Position numbers and translations under genes: made by a program
The notes under the pieces: generated by a model
Database searches by the model: none
What the model was told of the DNA's origin: nothing
Seen by the model: the letters and a program-made list of their open reading frames with translations, nothing else
Shown: positions 9,149 through 18,919 of the stretch, piece by piece
Layout of the letters: each line of letters starts with the position of its first letter
Position numbering within the stretch: the stretch's first letter is position 1
Source: Sumerlaeia bacterium
GTDB taxonomy: Bacteria; Sumerlaeota; Sumerlaeia; SLMS01; JAHLLQ01
Reading direction: 5' to 3'
DNA length: 64,000 nucleotides
Assembly (NCBI GenBank): GCA_040219255.1
Contig: JAVJSW010000046.1
Location: 64,001-128,000, forward strand

Positions 9149-10933
9149 TCAGTGCCCCGCCTCCTGGTTGGCTGTTTTCATCAGAGCGAGCATCTGGACG
9201 TAATTCTTCGCTCCGAACATTTCGCTGCGCAGTGCCGAGTTTTCACCGAAGGACTTGCCGATATCGGCCAGCACCTCCAACTGGGCGCCATTGTCTTCGC
9301 TGTCGGTGATGATCATAAAGATCAGGTGAGCCGGCTTGCCATCGCGCGCGTCGAAGTCCACACCATCGCGCGAGACCCCCATGGCCACCACCGGCGTCCC
9401 CCAATTCGGGATGCGCGCGTGCGGCACGGCGATGCCCTGGCCCACGCCGGTCGACATTTGGCTCTCGCGCTCGCACACCGCCCGGGCTACGACTTCGACT
9501 TCGACATTCTTGGTCGCTTTCGCGACCGCTTCCGAGAGTTCCTGGATGACCCCCTCGCGGGTGCGATTGTACAGGTCCGCAACAAAGGTCTTCTCCGTCA
9601 CCAGGTCCACGATCCGGTGCGGTTTCGGAGCCTTCAGGAGGCGTTGGATCACCGGTCCGCTCATCATGGAAGTCACCAGCGCCATGATGACCAGCGCGAC
9701 GAACAGCTCTTCGCCGATCAGTCCCGCTTCCAGAGCCAGCAGGCCCAGAATGATTTCCATCGTGCCGCGGGCGTTCAGGCCGAAGCCCAGCACCCAAGAT
9801 TCGCGCCATCCCAGCCCGCTGATGCGCCCGCTGATTCCGCAACCCAACACCTTGCCCACGCACGCGATGAACAGGACCACGAGAGTCAGCAGCAGGTCGA
9901 AGTTGGTGATGAAGTTCACCGTCAGGCCGACGCTCGCGAAAAACAGTGGCGCGAAAATGAAGCTGATGAACTCGTGGAGAATGGAACGTGTTTTCTGCTT
10001 GAGGTGCGACGAATCGCCCAGCGCCACGCCCACCAGGAACGAACCGAAAATGGCGTGGATGCCGATGTATTCCGTGAAGGCGGCGCCGAACAGGGCGAGC
10101 GCCATTGCAAGTCCGATGGCGCTGCCCGGCCATGTGAAGTGGGCTTGCAGGAATGGCAGCGTCCGGTGGATCGCCATTCGCCCGATCGTCAGCATAAAAC
10201 CGGCGAAGCCCAGAGTCAGGACGATCACCCAGCCGATGGGGAGCTTCTCGTCGGCCACCACCTCCGTCCCATAGTTCCCCATGGCTTCCGGCTGTTTCGC
10301 CATCATGCCAAGGATAAGCGCGAAAATGATCCAGCCCACCAGGTCGTTGAAAATCGCCGCCGCCACCGTGATCATGCCGATGTCGCTGCGGTAGAGGTTC
10401 AAATCCATCAAGGTCTTGGCGATGACCGGCAGCGCCGAAATGGACAATGCGGTCGCGATAAAAAGCGAGAACGTGAACCGGTCGCTGCCGACCTCCATCC
10501 CCAGCAGAACCGGCGCGAACCAGCCTAGTCCGAACCCCATGGCGAAGGGCACGATCATCCCACCCAGTCCCACGATCAGCGCCCGTTTCCCCTGGGACCA
10601 GACCATGGAGAGATCGACCTCCAGGCCAGCCACCAAAAGGAACAGCGTGATACATAGGACAAAGAAGCCTTCGTAGAAGGCGGACACCGTTCCCTCCGAA
10701 GGGAAGAGGGTTTCCAGGGCTCCAGGAAAAAGAGCACCGAACAGCGTCGGACCGAGCAGCACGCCGGCGAGAAGTTCACCGAGCACCGAGGGCTGACCGA
10801 GGCGCTGGGCGGCTTCGCCGAACAGGCGGGCCACAAGCAGCAGGACGCCAAGGCCCAGCAGGACCATGGCGATCTCTTTCGTCGTCATCGAACCGCCAGC
10901 GGCGATCAGGAAAAGCGGGGAAAGGTCGGGCAT
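9149..10933 (-). CDS. CPA2/Kef-type cation:proton antiporter fused to a C-terminal PTS EIIA (Fru/Ntr-type) domain
   Basis: QPSVLGELLAGVLLGP, SISALPVIAK, FAPLFF, NARG motifs with many TM segments; C-terminal ERESQMSTGVGQGIAVPHAR and GVDFDARDG EIIA motifs. Confidence 0.9.
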   Translation of the reverse strand: MPDLSPLFLIAAGGSMTTKEIAMVLLGLGVLLLVARLFGEAAQRLGQPSVLGELLAGVLLGPTLFGALFPGALETLFPSEGTVSAFYEGFFVLCITLFLLVAGLEVDLSMVWSQGKRALIVGLGGMIVPFAMGFGLGWFAPVLLGMEVGSDRFTFSLFIATALSISALPVIAKTLMDLNLYRSDIGMITVAAAIFNDLVGWIIFALILGMMAKQPEAMGNYGTEVVADEKLPIGWVIVLTLGFAGFMLTIGRMAIHRTLPFLQAHFTWPGSAIGLAMALALFGAAFTEYIGIHAIFGSFLVGVALGDSSHLKQKTRSILHEFISFIFAPLFFASVGLTVNFITNFDLLLTLVVLFIACVGKVLGCGISGRISGLGWRESWVLGFGLNARGTMEIILGLLALEAGLIGEELFVALVIMALVTSMMSGPVIQRLLKAPKPHRIVDLVTEKTFVADLYNRTREGVIQELSEAVAKATKNVEVEVVARAVCERESQMSTGVGQGIAVPHARIPNWGTPVVAMGVSRDGVDFDARDGKPAHLIFMIITDSEDNGAQLEVLADIGKSFGENSALRSEMFGAKNYVQMLALMKTANQEAGH

Positions 10934-11012
10934 AGGGAGACGGCCTTTTCGTCAGCGATGTGGGATGGCGCCCCTGGAGCAAGCCGCGGGCCAAGCACAA
11001 AATCCAATTCCA

Positions 11013-11042
11013 CGCATAAATAAGTCCCGATGGGGATGTCAA
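11013..11042 (-). promoter_or_regulatory. Possible sigma70-type promoter for the antiporter gene
   Basis: Minus-strand TTGACA (11042-11037) followed by an AT-rich tract; the -10 match is poor (TATGCG at 18 nt). Confidence 0.3.
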
Positions 11043-11229
11043 CAATCGGCGCCTCGGCGCCATTGCCTGCGTTAGCAAGTCGCGAGGAAATGGCTTGCAC
11101 TCGCTCAACGGCGACTCGCATCAAGACCCCTCGCGGCTCGATGAACTCCTTGATGCGAACCCGCGTCTGAATTGACCAGATTGCCACTTCTTCCGCCAGG
11201 CGATATCACAAGGGACCAGTCCGCGACCC

Positions 11230-12390
11230 ATGCGCATCCTCCACACCATGGCTTCCCATCGTTGGACCGGAGCCGCCGAACCGGCAGCCCGGCAGGCACT
11301 CGCCGAGCAGCAATGCGGCGCGGAGGTCCTCTTCGCCCTGAGCGGCCGCGCCTCTCTCCAGAAGAAGGCGTCCGAACTCGGCCTGAACACATCGAGCGAT
11401 GTGCGCTTCCATCGCAAGTATTTCCCCTGGCGCAAGATCGAGGACGTGCTGCGCCTGCGCGCTTTGATCCGCGATTTCCGCCCCGACGTGCTGCATTGCC
11501 ATCTGACCCACGATCACTGCCTGGCCGCCGCCGCGCTCGCCGGACAGAAAGACCCCAAACCCGTTGTGGTCCGCACCTTCCACCGGGGAACCGTTCACAC
11601 CGGCTTGGCGCATCGCGCTCTGCTGATGCCCCGCACCCAGGGTGCCGTCGCCATTTCTCGCGAAATCGCCAGTCAACTCTGCAACACATTCGGCATGCGC
11701 GAAGAGGACATTTACCTGCACCGCGGCGGAGTCGATCTGACGGTCTTCCGGCCGACGAATCGCGGAGCGCGCCTGCGAGAGAAGTGGGGTATTTCCGCCG
11801 ATGCGCCAGTGATCGGCCTGATCAGCCGTATTCGCATCGCCCGCGGCCATGAATGGCTGCTCGAGGCCGCCGCCGACGCTTTGCCTCTGGTTCCCCAAGC
11901 GCGTCTCGTCATCTGCGGTCGAGGCAACTGGCAGAAGCAAATGGTCAAACTGCTCAAGACCCATCCGGCCCGCGATCAAATCGTCTACGCTGGATATATC
12001 TACAGCCCGGACCTGGAGGATGCCTACAACGCTTTCGACGTCTCGCTGCTCCTGCGCCCGGGAAACGACGGCACCTGCCGCAGCGCTCTGGAAACGATGG
12101 CCTGCGGCCGGCCCGTGATCGCCGGCGATATGGGCGCTCTCAAGGACCTTCTCGAAGACGGCCGCGCCGGATGGATGGTTCCCAACGATGATCGCCCGGC
12201 CCTGGCCAATGCGATGGTGGAAGCCCTCACCCGCCCGGACCTGCGCGAGGAACGGGGACGCCACGCTCTCTGGTACGCCCGTGAATTCTGCAACGTCGAA
12301 AAGCTCGGTCCCCGCATGCTGGCCTACTACAAAAGCCTTCTGCGCCGCCGCGAGTTGCCCGAAGGTTTGCAGCTTCCCCAGTTTGGCTGA
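11230..12390 (+). CDS. Glycosyltransferase family 4 (GT-B)
   Basis: MRILH start, PDVLHCH, GVDLTVF, LETMACGRPVIAGDMG. Confidence 0.88.
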   Translation: MRILHTMASHRWTGAAEPAARQALAEQQCGAEVLFALSGRASLQKKASELGLNTSSDVRFHRKYFPWRKIEDVLRLRALIRDFRPDVLHCHLTHDHCLAAAALAGQKDPKPVVVRTFHRGTVHTGLAHRALLMPRTQGAVAISREIASQLCNTFGMREEDIYLHRGGVDLTVFRPTNRGARLREKWGISADAPVIGLISRIRIARGHEWLLEAAADALPLVPQARLVICGRGNWQKQMVKLLKTHPARDQIVYAGYIYSPDLEDAYNAFDVSLLLRPGNDGTCRSALETMACGRPVIAGDMGALKDLLEDGRAGWMVPNDDRPALANAMVEALTRPDLREERGRHALWYAREFCNVEKLGPRMLAYYKSLLRRRELPEGLQLPQFG

Positions 12391-12513
12391 ATACCTTCCA
12401 ATTTCTTCGATGCCTCGAAGAAAACCGGCCGTTTTGCGTTGAATCCTCCGGCACCGTTTCCGCTTCTGGTCCCCGCAACCGACGCCAGGTAACGAAGGGA
12501 AACCGCCCCTGCG

Positions 12514-15240
12514 ATGGGAGTTCTGCAAGACACATTCGAGAAAATCGACCGCGACTTCGGCTTCCTCGTCGACGCCTTCGGCGAGGTGTTGACCGACATC
12601 GGCGAGGACGATCTGGCTGAGGTTCTGCCCCGCTTCGGCCCCAATCCTCCCGACTCGCCCATGCCTCCCCTGGGGCTCGAACCGACGCGGGAAATCCACC
12701 TGCTCTCCATCGTCTTGCAGTTCCTCAATCTGGTGGAGGAAAACGCCGCCGCTCAGGCGCGCCGCGTGCGCGAAGCCAGCCCCACCGATCCCGGCGAACC
12801 GGGTCTCTGGCGCCGCCGCCTCCGCGAACTGAAAGCTGAGGGTCTGACCGACGCCGAAATCGCCGAAGCTCTCGACGAAATCCTTGTCGAACCCGTGCTC
12901 ACCGCGCACCCCACGGAGGCCAAACGCCCCACCGTACTCCACACCCACCGCCAGATCTACACCCTGCTCCTGGACCTGGAGAACCAGATGTGGACCCCGG
13001 CCGAACGCCAGGAAATCCACCGCCGCATCAAGGGCGCTCTCGAACGGCTTTGGCGCACCGGCGAAATACGCCTCGACAAACCCGACGTCGCCTCCGAGTT
13101 GGACAATATGCTCCACTATCTTAAGGAGGTCTTCCCGCCCTCGCTCCAACGCCTCGACTTGCGCCTGCGCCAAGCCTGGGCCGCCGCCGACCTCGACCCG
13201 GCCCTGATCGCCGAGCCGGCCCGCCTGCCCCGCCTCGCCTTTGGCGATTGGGTTGGCGGAGACCGCGACGGCCATCCCCTCGTGACTGCCGAGGTCACAC
13301 GCCAGACCCTGGCCAAGCTGCGCTCCACGGCACTTGCCGTCCTCCAGCAGCACCTCAATACCCTCGTCGATCACCTCAGTCTCTCGCAGGCCATGCACGA
13401 TGCGCCGCTGCGGTTTCTCGACCGCCTCGACGAGCTTCTCGTGCGCTTTCCCGAGACCGGACGGCGCTTCGCTTCGCGCTTCAAGGCCGAGCCCTGGCGC
13501 CAGTACGCCGCCCTGATGATGGCCCGCGTCACCAGTACCCAGCAGGATCGCCCCAAGGGCTACGCGCGCGCCGAGGAACTCGTCGACGACCTCGTTTTCC
13601 TGCGCGAATCCCTGAAGGAAGTGGGCGCCCACCTGATCGCCGACCTGGAAGTCGCGCCGGTCGAACGGCTTGCGCGCACCTTCGGTTTCCACATGGCCAA
13701 GCTCGACATCCGCCAGAACAGCGCCTTTCACGATCGCGCCCTCTCGCAGTTGATGGAAGCCGCCGGATTCGCCGATTGCGATTTCGCCAATTGGCACGAA
13801 GCGAAGCGCCTCGAGTTTCTCAACGCCGAACTCCGCAACCTGCGTCCCCTCGTTCCCCGCAAGGCCCGTCTCGGCGCCGAAGCCCAGGCCGTTCTCGAAT
13901 GCTATCAGGTCATCGCCGACCATGCCGATCAGTACGGCACCGCCGGTCTGGGCGCGCTCATCATCAGCATGACCCGCAGCCTTTCCGACCTTCTGACCGT
14001 TTACATGTTCTGCCGCGAGGTCGGCCTCTTGCGGCGCGAACCGGACGGCGGTCTCTGGTGTCCGCTTCAGGTGGTGCCGCTCCTCGAAACCATCGCCGAT
14101 TTGGAAGCCGCGCCGGAAATCCTCTCCGGCTACTTCGCCCATCCCATCACCCGTCTCAGCCTCGAAAAATCCACCCTGGCGGGCTCCCGCCCCGTTCAGC
14201 AGGTCATGGTCGGATACAGCGACAGCAACAAAGACGGCGGCATTCTCGCGAGCCAGTGGGGCCTTCACGCCGCGCAAACCGCCATTGCGGCCATGGGCCG
14301 CCGGCAAGGCGTCAACATCGCCTTCTTCCACGGCCGCGGGGGGACCCCCAGCCGAGGCGCCGGACCCGTCCACCGCTTCCTCGACGCCCTGCCCCACGGG
14401 TCCCTCGGCGGCCAGTTCCGCGTGACCGAACAGGGCGAAACCATCGCCCAAAAATACGCCAACATCGGCACCGCCACCTACAATCTGGAATTGCTGATGG
14501 CTGGCGTGCTGACGACGACGCTCAAGCACCGGGAGGACGAGGAGCGGGACGAGGAACTGATCGCCGTCATCGAGCGTCTCGCCGACGACAGCCGCCAGGT
14601 TTATCAGGCTCTGCTGAAACGCCCGGGCTTCATCCGCTTCTGGGAGCGAGCCACCCCCATCGACGTCCTCGAACGCAGCGCCATCGGCTCTCGCCCGAGC
14701 CGCCGCACCGGCCGCAAAGAACGCTCCCTCGACGACCTGCGCGCCATCCCGTGGGTCTTCTCGTGGAATCAGGCCCGCTACTACCTGCCGGGCTGGTACG
14801 GTCTCGGTGCCGCCCTCGCTCGTGCCCGGGCCGAACGGCCCGTCGACTGGGACATCCTCCGCGACCGAGGCACCCGCCAGCCCTTCCTGCGCAACGTGCT
14901 CTACAACGCCGAAACCAGCCTCGCCTCCGCCGACCTCGGCCTCATGCTCGACTACGCCTCCCTCGTATCCGACGAAGCCTTGCGAGCCGAATTCTACGAC
15001 CTCATCGCCCGCGAGCACGGTCTCGTCGGCGAAACCATCGACGATCTCTTCGGGCAATCCCGCGAGCAACGCCGCCCCCGCATGCTCAAGACCATCCGCC
15101 TGCGCGAAGAAGGCCTTCGGCGTCTCCACAGCCACCAGATCGCCCTCCTGCGCAGCTGGCGCAGCGGCCGAGAAGAACTCCTCCCGCGCCTCCTTCTCAG
15201 CGTGAACGCCATCGCCAGTGGCCTGAGAACCACGGGGTGA
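12514..15240 (+). CDS. ppc: Phosphoenolpyruvate carboxylase (bacterial type)
   Basis: LTAHPTE, WVGGDRDGHP, VPLLETIADL, QVMVGYSDSNKDGG, FHGRGG, TEQGE, LRAIPWVFSWNQ, C-terminal GLRTTG. Confidence 0.97.
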   Translation: MGVLQDTFEKIDRDFGFLVDAFGEVLTDIGEDDLAEVLPRFGPNPPDSPMPPLGLEPTREIHLLSIVLQFLNLVEENAAAQARRVREASPTDPGEPGLWRRRLRELKAEGLTDAEIAEALDEILVEPVLTAHPTEAKRPTVLHTHRQIYTLLLDLENQMWTPAERQEIHRRIKGALERLWRTGEIRLDKPDVASELDNMLHYLKEVFPPSLQRLDLRLRQAWAAADLDPALIAEPARLPRLAFGDWVGGDRDGHPLVTAEVTRQTLAKLRSTALAVLQQHLNTLVDHLSLSQAMHDAPLRFLDRLDELLVRFPETGRRFASRFKAEPWRQYAALMMARVTSTQQDRPKGYARAEELVDDLVFLRESLKEVGAHLIADLEVAPVERLARTFGFHMAKLDIRQNSAFHDRALSQLMEAAGFADCDFANWHEAKRLEFLNAELRNLRPLVPRKARLGAEAQAVLECYQVIADHADQYGTAGLGALIISMTRSLSDLLTVYMFCREVGLLRREPDGGLWCPLQVVPLLETIADLEAAPEILSGYFAHPITRLSLEKSTLAGSRPVQQVMVGYSDSNKDGGILASQWGLHAAQTAIAAMGRRQGVNIAFFHGRGGTPSRGAGPVHRFLDALPHGSLGGQFRVTEQGETIAQKYANIGTATYNLELLMAGVLTTTLKHREDEERDEELIAVIERLADDSRQVYQALLKRPGFIRFWERATPIDVLERSAIGSRPSRRTGRKERSLDDLRAIPWVFSWNQARYYLPGWYGLGAALARARAERPVDWDILRDRGTRQPFLRNVLYNAETSLASADLGLMLDYASLVSDEALRAEFYDLIAREHGLVGETIDDLFGQSREQRRPRMLKTIRLREEGLRRLHSHQIALLRSWRSGREELLPRLLLSVNAIASGLRTTG

Positions 15241-15242
15241 CG

Positions 15243-16106
15243 ATGCCTGCTGGGCCAACGCTCATCCTCTTCGCTTCCGATATCCACATCGGCCAAACCG
15301 AGGTGGACACGGCGCATCGGCTGCGCGAGGTGGTGTCTAGAGAGGTGGCCCTCCGAAACGGCTGCTTGGCCGGAGTTTTTTTCCTCGGCGATGTTGGCGA
15401 GAGCCTGCGCGATGTGGCCGGCTGCCTGTCAGCGTTGGGCGGTCTCGCCCCGGTGCAGGTCATGATCCCGGGGAATCACGACCTCTTCGACACCGAACGC
15501 ATCGGCTCCAGCAAGTCCAAGTACGAGAATCATCTACCTCGGGTAGTCCGCGAAGCCGGATGGACCTGGGGCGAAAACGGACCCGTCATCCTCGCCGAGC
15601 ACGACCTCGCCATCGTCCTCAGTCCCGCCTGGGCCAGCCCCGGGCACCTGCCCGAAAAGATGCGCGGCATTTCCCGCGCGGAAATCTTCGAAGCCCGCCG
15701 CGAAACCCTTCCCGACGGCCAATGGATTACCAGCGACTGGGACGATGACGCCGAATCGACGCGGATGCTCGGGCGATTTCGAGCCAACCTCGAAGCCATT
15801 CCGCCCGCCATTGGCCGCGTCATCGCCGGGACGCACGTGCCGCCCTTTGTCGAAATGATGGGGAAACGCGACGCCATGGACGGTCGCAGTCCCTGGTTTG
15901 TCTCGCACCGTTTTGGAGAAGCCATCGTGGCCGCAAACCGCTCGCGCGAGAGGACTTGGATCACCCACGTCCTCTCCGGCCACACCCACGATCTGGTCCA
16001 GGTCAGCATCCCCTGGCATCCGAACCGCCCGGCCCTGCAATGCCGTAGCCTGGGCGGCAGCGTCGGCGACCCAGGGTGGGTGTTATTGGAAGTAGAGGAT
16101 CGTTAG
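15243..16106 (+). CDS. Calcineurin-like metallophosphoesterase
   Basis: SDIH, LGD, PGNHD, THVPP, SGHTH motifs; ATG 2 nt after the ppc stop (only the last 288 codons of track ORF 13248..16106). Confidence 0.85.
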   Translation: MPAGPTLILFASDIHIGQTEVDTAHRLREVVSREVALRNGCLAGVFFLGDVGESLRDVAGCLSALGGLAPVQVMIPGNHDLFDTERIGSSKSKYENHLPRVVREAGWTWGENGPVILAEHDLAIVLSPAWASPGHLPEKMRGISRAEIFEARRETLPDGQWITSDWDDDAESTRMLGRFRANLEAIPPAIGRVIAGTHVPPFVEMMGKRDAMDGRSPWFVSHRFGEAIVAANRSRERTWITHVLSGHTHDLVQVSIPWHPNRPALQCRSLGGSVGDPGWVLLEVEDR

Positions 16107-16894
16107 AAACCCTCCAACCGATAACGGCCCTCAGTTCCAACAACTCGAGCCCGCCGCTCGAACAGCTTTTCCATGTACTCATCCGTCAGGGCCTCGCGGC
16201 GTTCACCCTGAAATACAACTTCGCCTTTCTTGAGCAATAGTGCCCGCTTCAGCCACCCCCTTACTTCCTCCAGGTGATGCGTCACGAAGATCACCGTCGG
16301 CGCACCGGGGGCGGTCATGACTTGTTCGATGTCGTTGAGGAAATCCTCGCGCGCTGCCGGGTCGAGGCCTGCGCAGGCTTCATCCAAAATCAGCAATTCC
16401 GGCCGCGTCACCAGCGCCCGCGCCACCATCAGCCGCTGCCGCTCGCCCTGGCTCGACACGCCGTAAGCCCTATCGTGCAAGTACTCTATGCCCATGTAGG
16501 CCATGGCCGCGCGGGCGTCCTCTTTTTCGGCGGGGGAGAATTCCTCCCACGACCGCAACGCCGCCCTCGGGCCGTTGATCACGACTTCCAGGCCGCTTTG
16601 CGCGCCGTTCAGGCGATGGCTCAGGGCGCTGCTGACCCAGCCGATGCGCCGCCGCAGGTCCGGAATCCGGGCGCCATCGCCGAAGGTCTCGCCGAAAAGT
16701 TCGACACGTCCCGAAGTCACCCATTCATAGCCGCAGATGACATTGAGCAGACTGGTCTTACCGCACCCGTTCGGCCCAAAGAGAAGCCAGGCATCCCCAC
16801 GGTCGATGCGCCAGGACACGTTCTTCAATATCGTGACACCATCGCGAACGAGGGTCACATTCCGGAGTTCAATCAGTGGCCGGCTGTCCGTCAT
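16103..16894 (-). CDS. ABC transporter ATP-binding protein (ModF/YlmA-like), no adjacent permease
   Basis: GPNGCGKT, SSQGERQR signature, LILDE, VTHH; ATG overlaps the upstream stop (ATGA at 16894-16891). Confidence 0.88.
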   Translation of the reverse strand: MTDSRPLIELRNVTLVRDGVTILKNVSWRIDRGDAWLLFGPNGCGKTSLLNVICGYEWVTSGRVELFGETFGDGARIPDLRRRIGWVSSALSHRLNGAQSGLEVVINGPRAALRSWEEFSPAEKEDARAAMAYMGIEYLHDRAYGVSSQGERQRLMVARALVTRPELLILDEACAGLDPAAREDFLNDIEQVMTAPGAPTVIFVTHHLEEVRGWLKRALLLKKGEVVFQGERREALTDEYMEKLFERRARVVGTEGRYRLEGF

Positions 16895-18738
16895 TGCAGA
16901 TAAAAGGTCCAGCCGTACTCCACTGATTTCGTTTCGCCGGGCTCCAATTCGACCGTCCAAGTCAGCTTGGTGGAGGGATTCACGTTTCGCCACCACCACG
17001 GCCAATAGATCTGACCGCCCACGTTGACGCGATCCGGTGAAACACTCACTTTCTCCGCGCCTTCCGCTTCCGTGATTTGCCCAAAGACCACTCGTTCGAT
17101 TTCCACTTCCACCGGTGTGCCGCGCCGATTGGTCAGTTCGATTTCACCCGACATGGTGGCTTGCGAGTATTGTGTTTTGTTGATCGTAATGCCACTGCGG
17201 CGGCCTTCCTCGTACTCGCGCACATCCACGGCGATGTCGATAGCGGGGTTTAGTGCCACGTTGCTTTCCGCTCCTGGTGCTGTATAGAAGACCAGTCCCT
17301 GCGCCATCAACCGTCCGTTCGAGAAAACCATCGCGGGGCCCGTCGTCATCGGCGCCTCACGTTCATTCTTCAGCCGGATTTCCCGTATCACCTTCGGGCT
17401 GTTCAGCGCTTCCTCCGCCCGCCGCTGCGTTTCGTCCGGCACCCGCACGCTTTGCGTGATCGCTTGCGGCAGCGACGTTCCCAAATCCAGGCTGAACACG
17501 TCCTCGTAGGGCACTTCGAACGCGCCCACGGTCACCACCATCCGCTCGCCCTTCGCCAGCGTCACACCGTCCAGAGTGTAGAAATAAAGGTCCTGCGCGT
17601 CTTCGCCCTCGGGCATCGGCGCAGCTGGCGCCATGTCACCAACGGCGCCTCCGCCAAAGGCGGACACCTGGGTCATCATGGCGTTCGAGAATGGATCCGC
17701 CTGGGCTCTGCGGGGAACGCCGCGGGACTCCCGCATTTCCTCGCCGATACTTTCTAACGCGAACGGGTCGAGCTGCCCCGCCATCACTATGCTCGGAACG
17801 CCGACCACAAGGCGCACGGTCGCGTCCTCGAAATCGGCGATCTCGTTCACCAGCATCGCCTGAAACCGCACCCGGGCCGTCGCATCGTCAATCAAATCAA
17901 TGCGATAGTTGGGAATCCAGCGAATGCCGCGCTGGACGTAGGCCAGCCCCGCCCGCACCGCGGTCGAGGTCGTCGATCCATCCAATGCCATCGTCAGGCG
18001 ATAGGCGTCTTCCTCGCCATCCGGAGCCGTCATGGAGGGGTTCATCCCGACCACCGTGGCGCGGGCGATCTGACCGATCGGCACCACGACGTGCGTGGCT
18101 TTGCGCTGGTGTTCGGGATGCTTCTCGTCCGTTTCAAAGGCCGGGTTTTTCGCGAACGGGTCCTCGCGGGCCTCGCCGCTGTCAAAGGGATCGATGCCAT
18201 AGGGTTCGCGGCTGCCGATCGTGCGCGCCACGTCCAGAATCAGCACCTCGTCTGTCACCTCCAGGATCGTTCCCATTTCCACGATTTCGCTGTCCGATTC
18301 CGCTGGGCCGCCGGACAGAACGATTTCCGCCATGTGTCCCTTGTTCGCCGCCAAATAATCCCGCAGCGTCGCCACATCCTTCGTCTTAGCCGTCTTGACG
18401 CGCTTCGCTCTTGTCGCCGAAAGCGTCACACCCTGCTGCGCCAGATAGGGCCAGAACGTCCCCAGGACCGGCTCCGGCGCGACCCCCAGCAAGACCTCGC
18501 CCCCTTCATCGGCCGTCACCTCGCCCTCGTGCACAATCAGAGCGTGCCCATCCTTGAACACCGTCACGTCCACGATCGGCAGTTCCTGGCCCCCCTCCAC
18601 GGGCTTCAAGGTCACTTCGTCTCCCTGGACGATCCCGGAAAACCCACCCTGGTACTGGCCCTGAACGAACGTGGATGAAGCCAGCGCCAGGGCGACGGCG
18701 GCGGCGGATAGAAGAGAAACCTTTGGACGAGAGAGCAT
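16891..18738 (-). CDS. Secreted DUF4139/DUF4140-like protein
   Basis: Signal peptide MLSRPKVSLLSAAAVALALA; VTVFKDGHA, YVQRGIRWIPNYRIDL, DLYFY..VTLAKGE, TTGPAMV, C-terminal LEPGETKSVEY pattern. Confidence 0.7.
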   Translation of the reverse strand: MLSRPKVSLLSAAAVALALASSTFVQGQYQGGFSGIVQGDEVTLKPVEGGQELPIVDVTVFKDGHALIVHEGEVTADEGGEVLLGVAPEPVLGTFWPYLAQQGVTLSATRAKRVKTAKTKDVATLRDYLAANKGHMAEIVLSGGPAESDSEIVEMGTILEVTDEVLILDVARTIGSREPYGIDPFDSGEAREDPFAKNPAFETDEKHPEHQRKATHVVVPIGQIARATVVGMNPSMTAPDGEEDAYRLTMALDGSTTSTAVRAGLAYVQRGIRWIPNYRIDLIDDATARVRFQAMLVNEIADFEDATVRLVVGVPSIVMAGQLDPFALESIGEEMRESRGVPRRAQADPFSNAMMTQVSAFGGGAVGDMAPAAPMPEGEDAQDLYFYTLDGVTLAKGERMVVTVGAFEVPYEDVFSLDLGTSLPQAITQSVRVPDETQRRAEEALNSPKVIREIRLKNEREAPMTTGPAMVFSNGRLMAQGLVFYTAPGAESNVALNPAIDIAVDVREYEEGRRSGITINKTQYSQATMSGEIELTNRRGTPVEVEIERVVFGQITEAEGAEKVSVSPDRVNVGGQIYWPWWWRNVNPSTKLTWTVELEPGETKSVEYGWTFYLQ

Positions 18739-18919
18739 AGGAGGAACGCCTTTCAAGGAAGTGGGCTCTACGATAGCGAGTTGCCCGGCGTGGTCCACCG
18801 GAGTTTGTCGATTCACAAGACGACAAGACGATCGCTTGCGGTTTTCTCCTTTGCCGGGCTCACCCGCCAATGCTAACCTCGCCTCGCGAAAATCCCGCCG
18901 GAGGCGACCCGTAACGCCG

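Noticed and set aside
11206-15258. 1350-aa minus ORF, and similar antisense ORFs 5933..7951, 20399..22624, 25340..27406, 38092..39759, 44245..45936
   Set aside because: Antisense shadows of GT4/ppc, addA, uvrA, lptD, ftsI and murD; no recognisable motifs.
13248-16106. 952-aa ORF suggesting a large fusion or frameshift with ppc
   Set aside because: Only the last 288 codons are protein-like and have their own ATG; ppc is complete. The same applies to 42604..44253 (mraY), 46289..48400 (murG) and 31505..32707 (ATPase).
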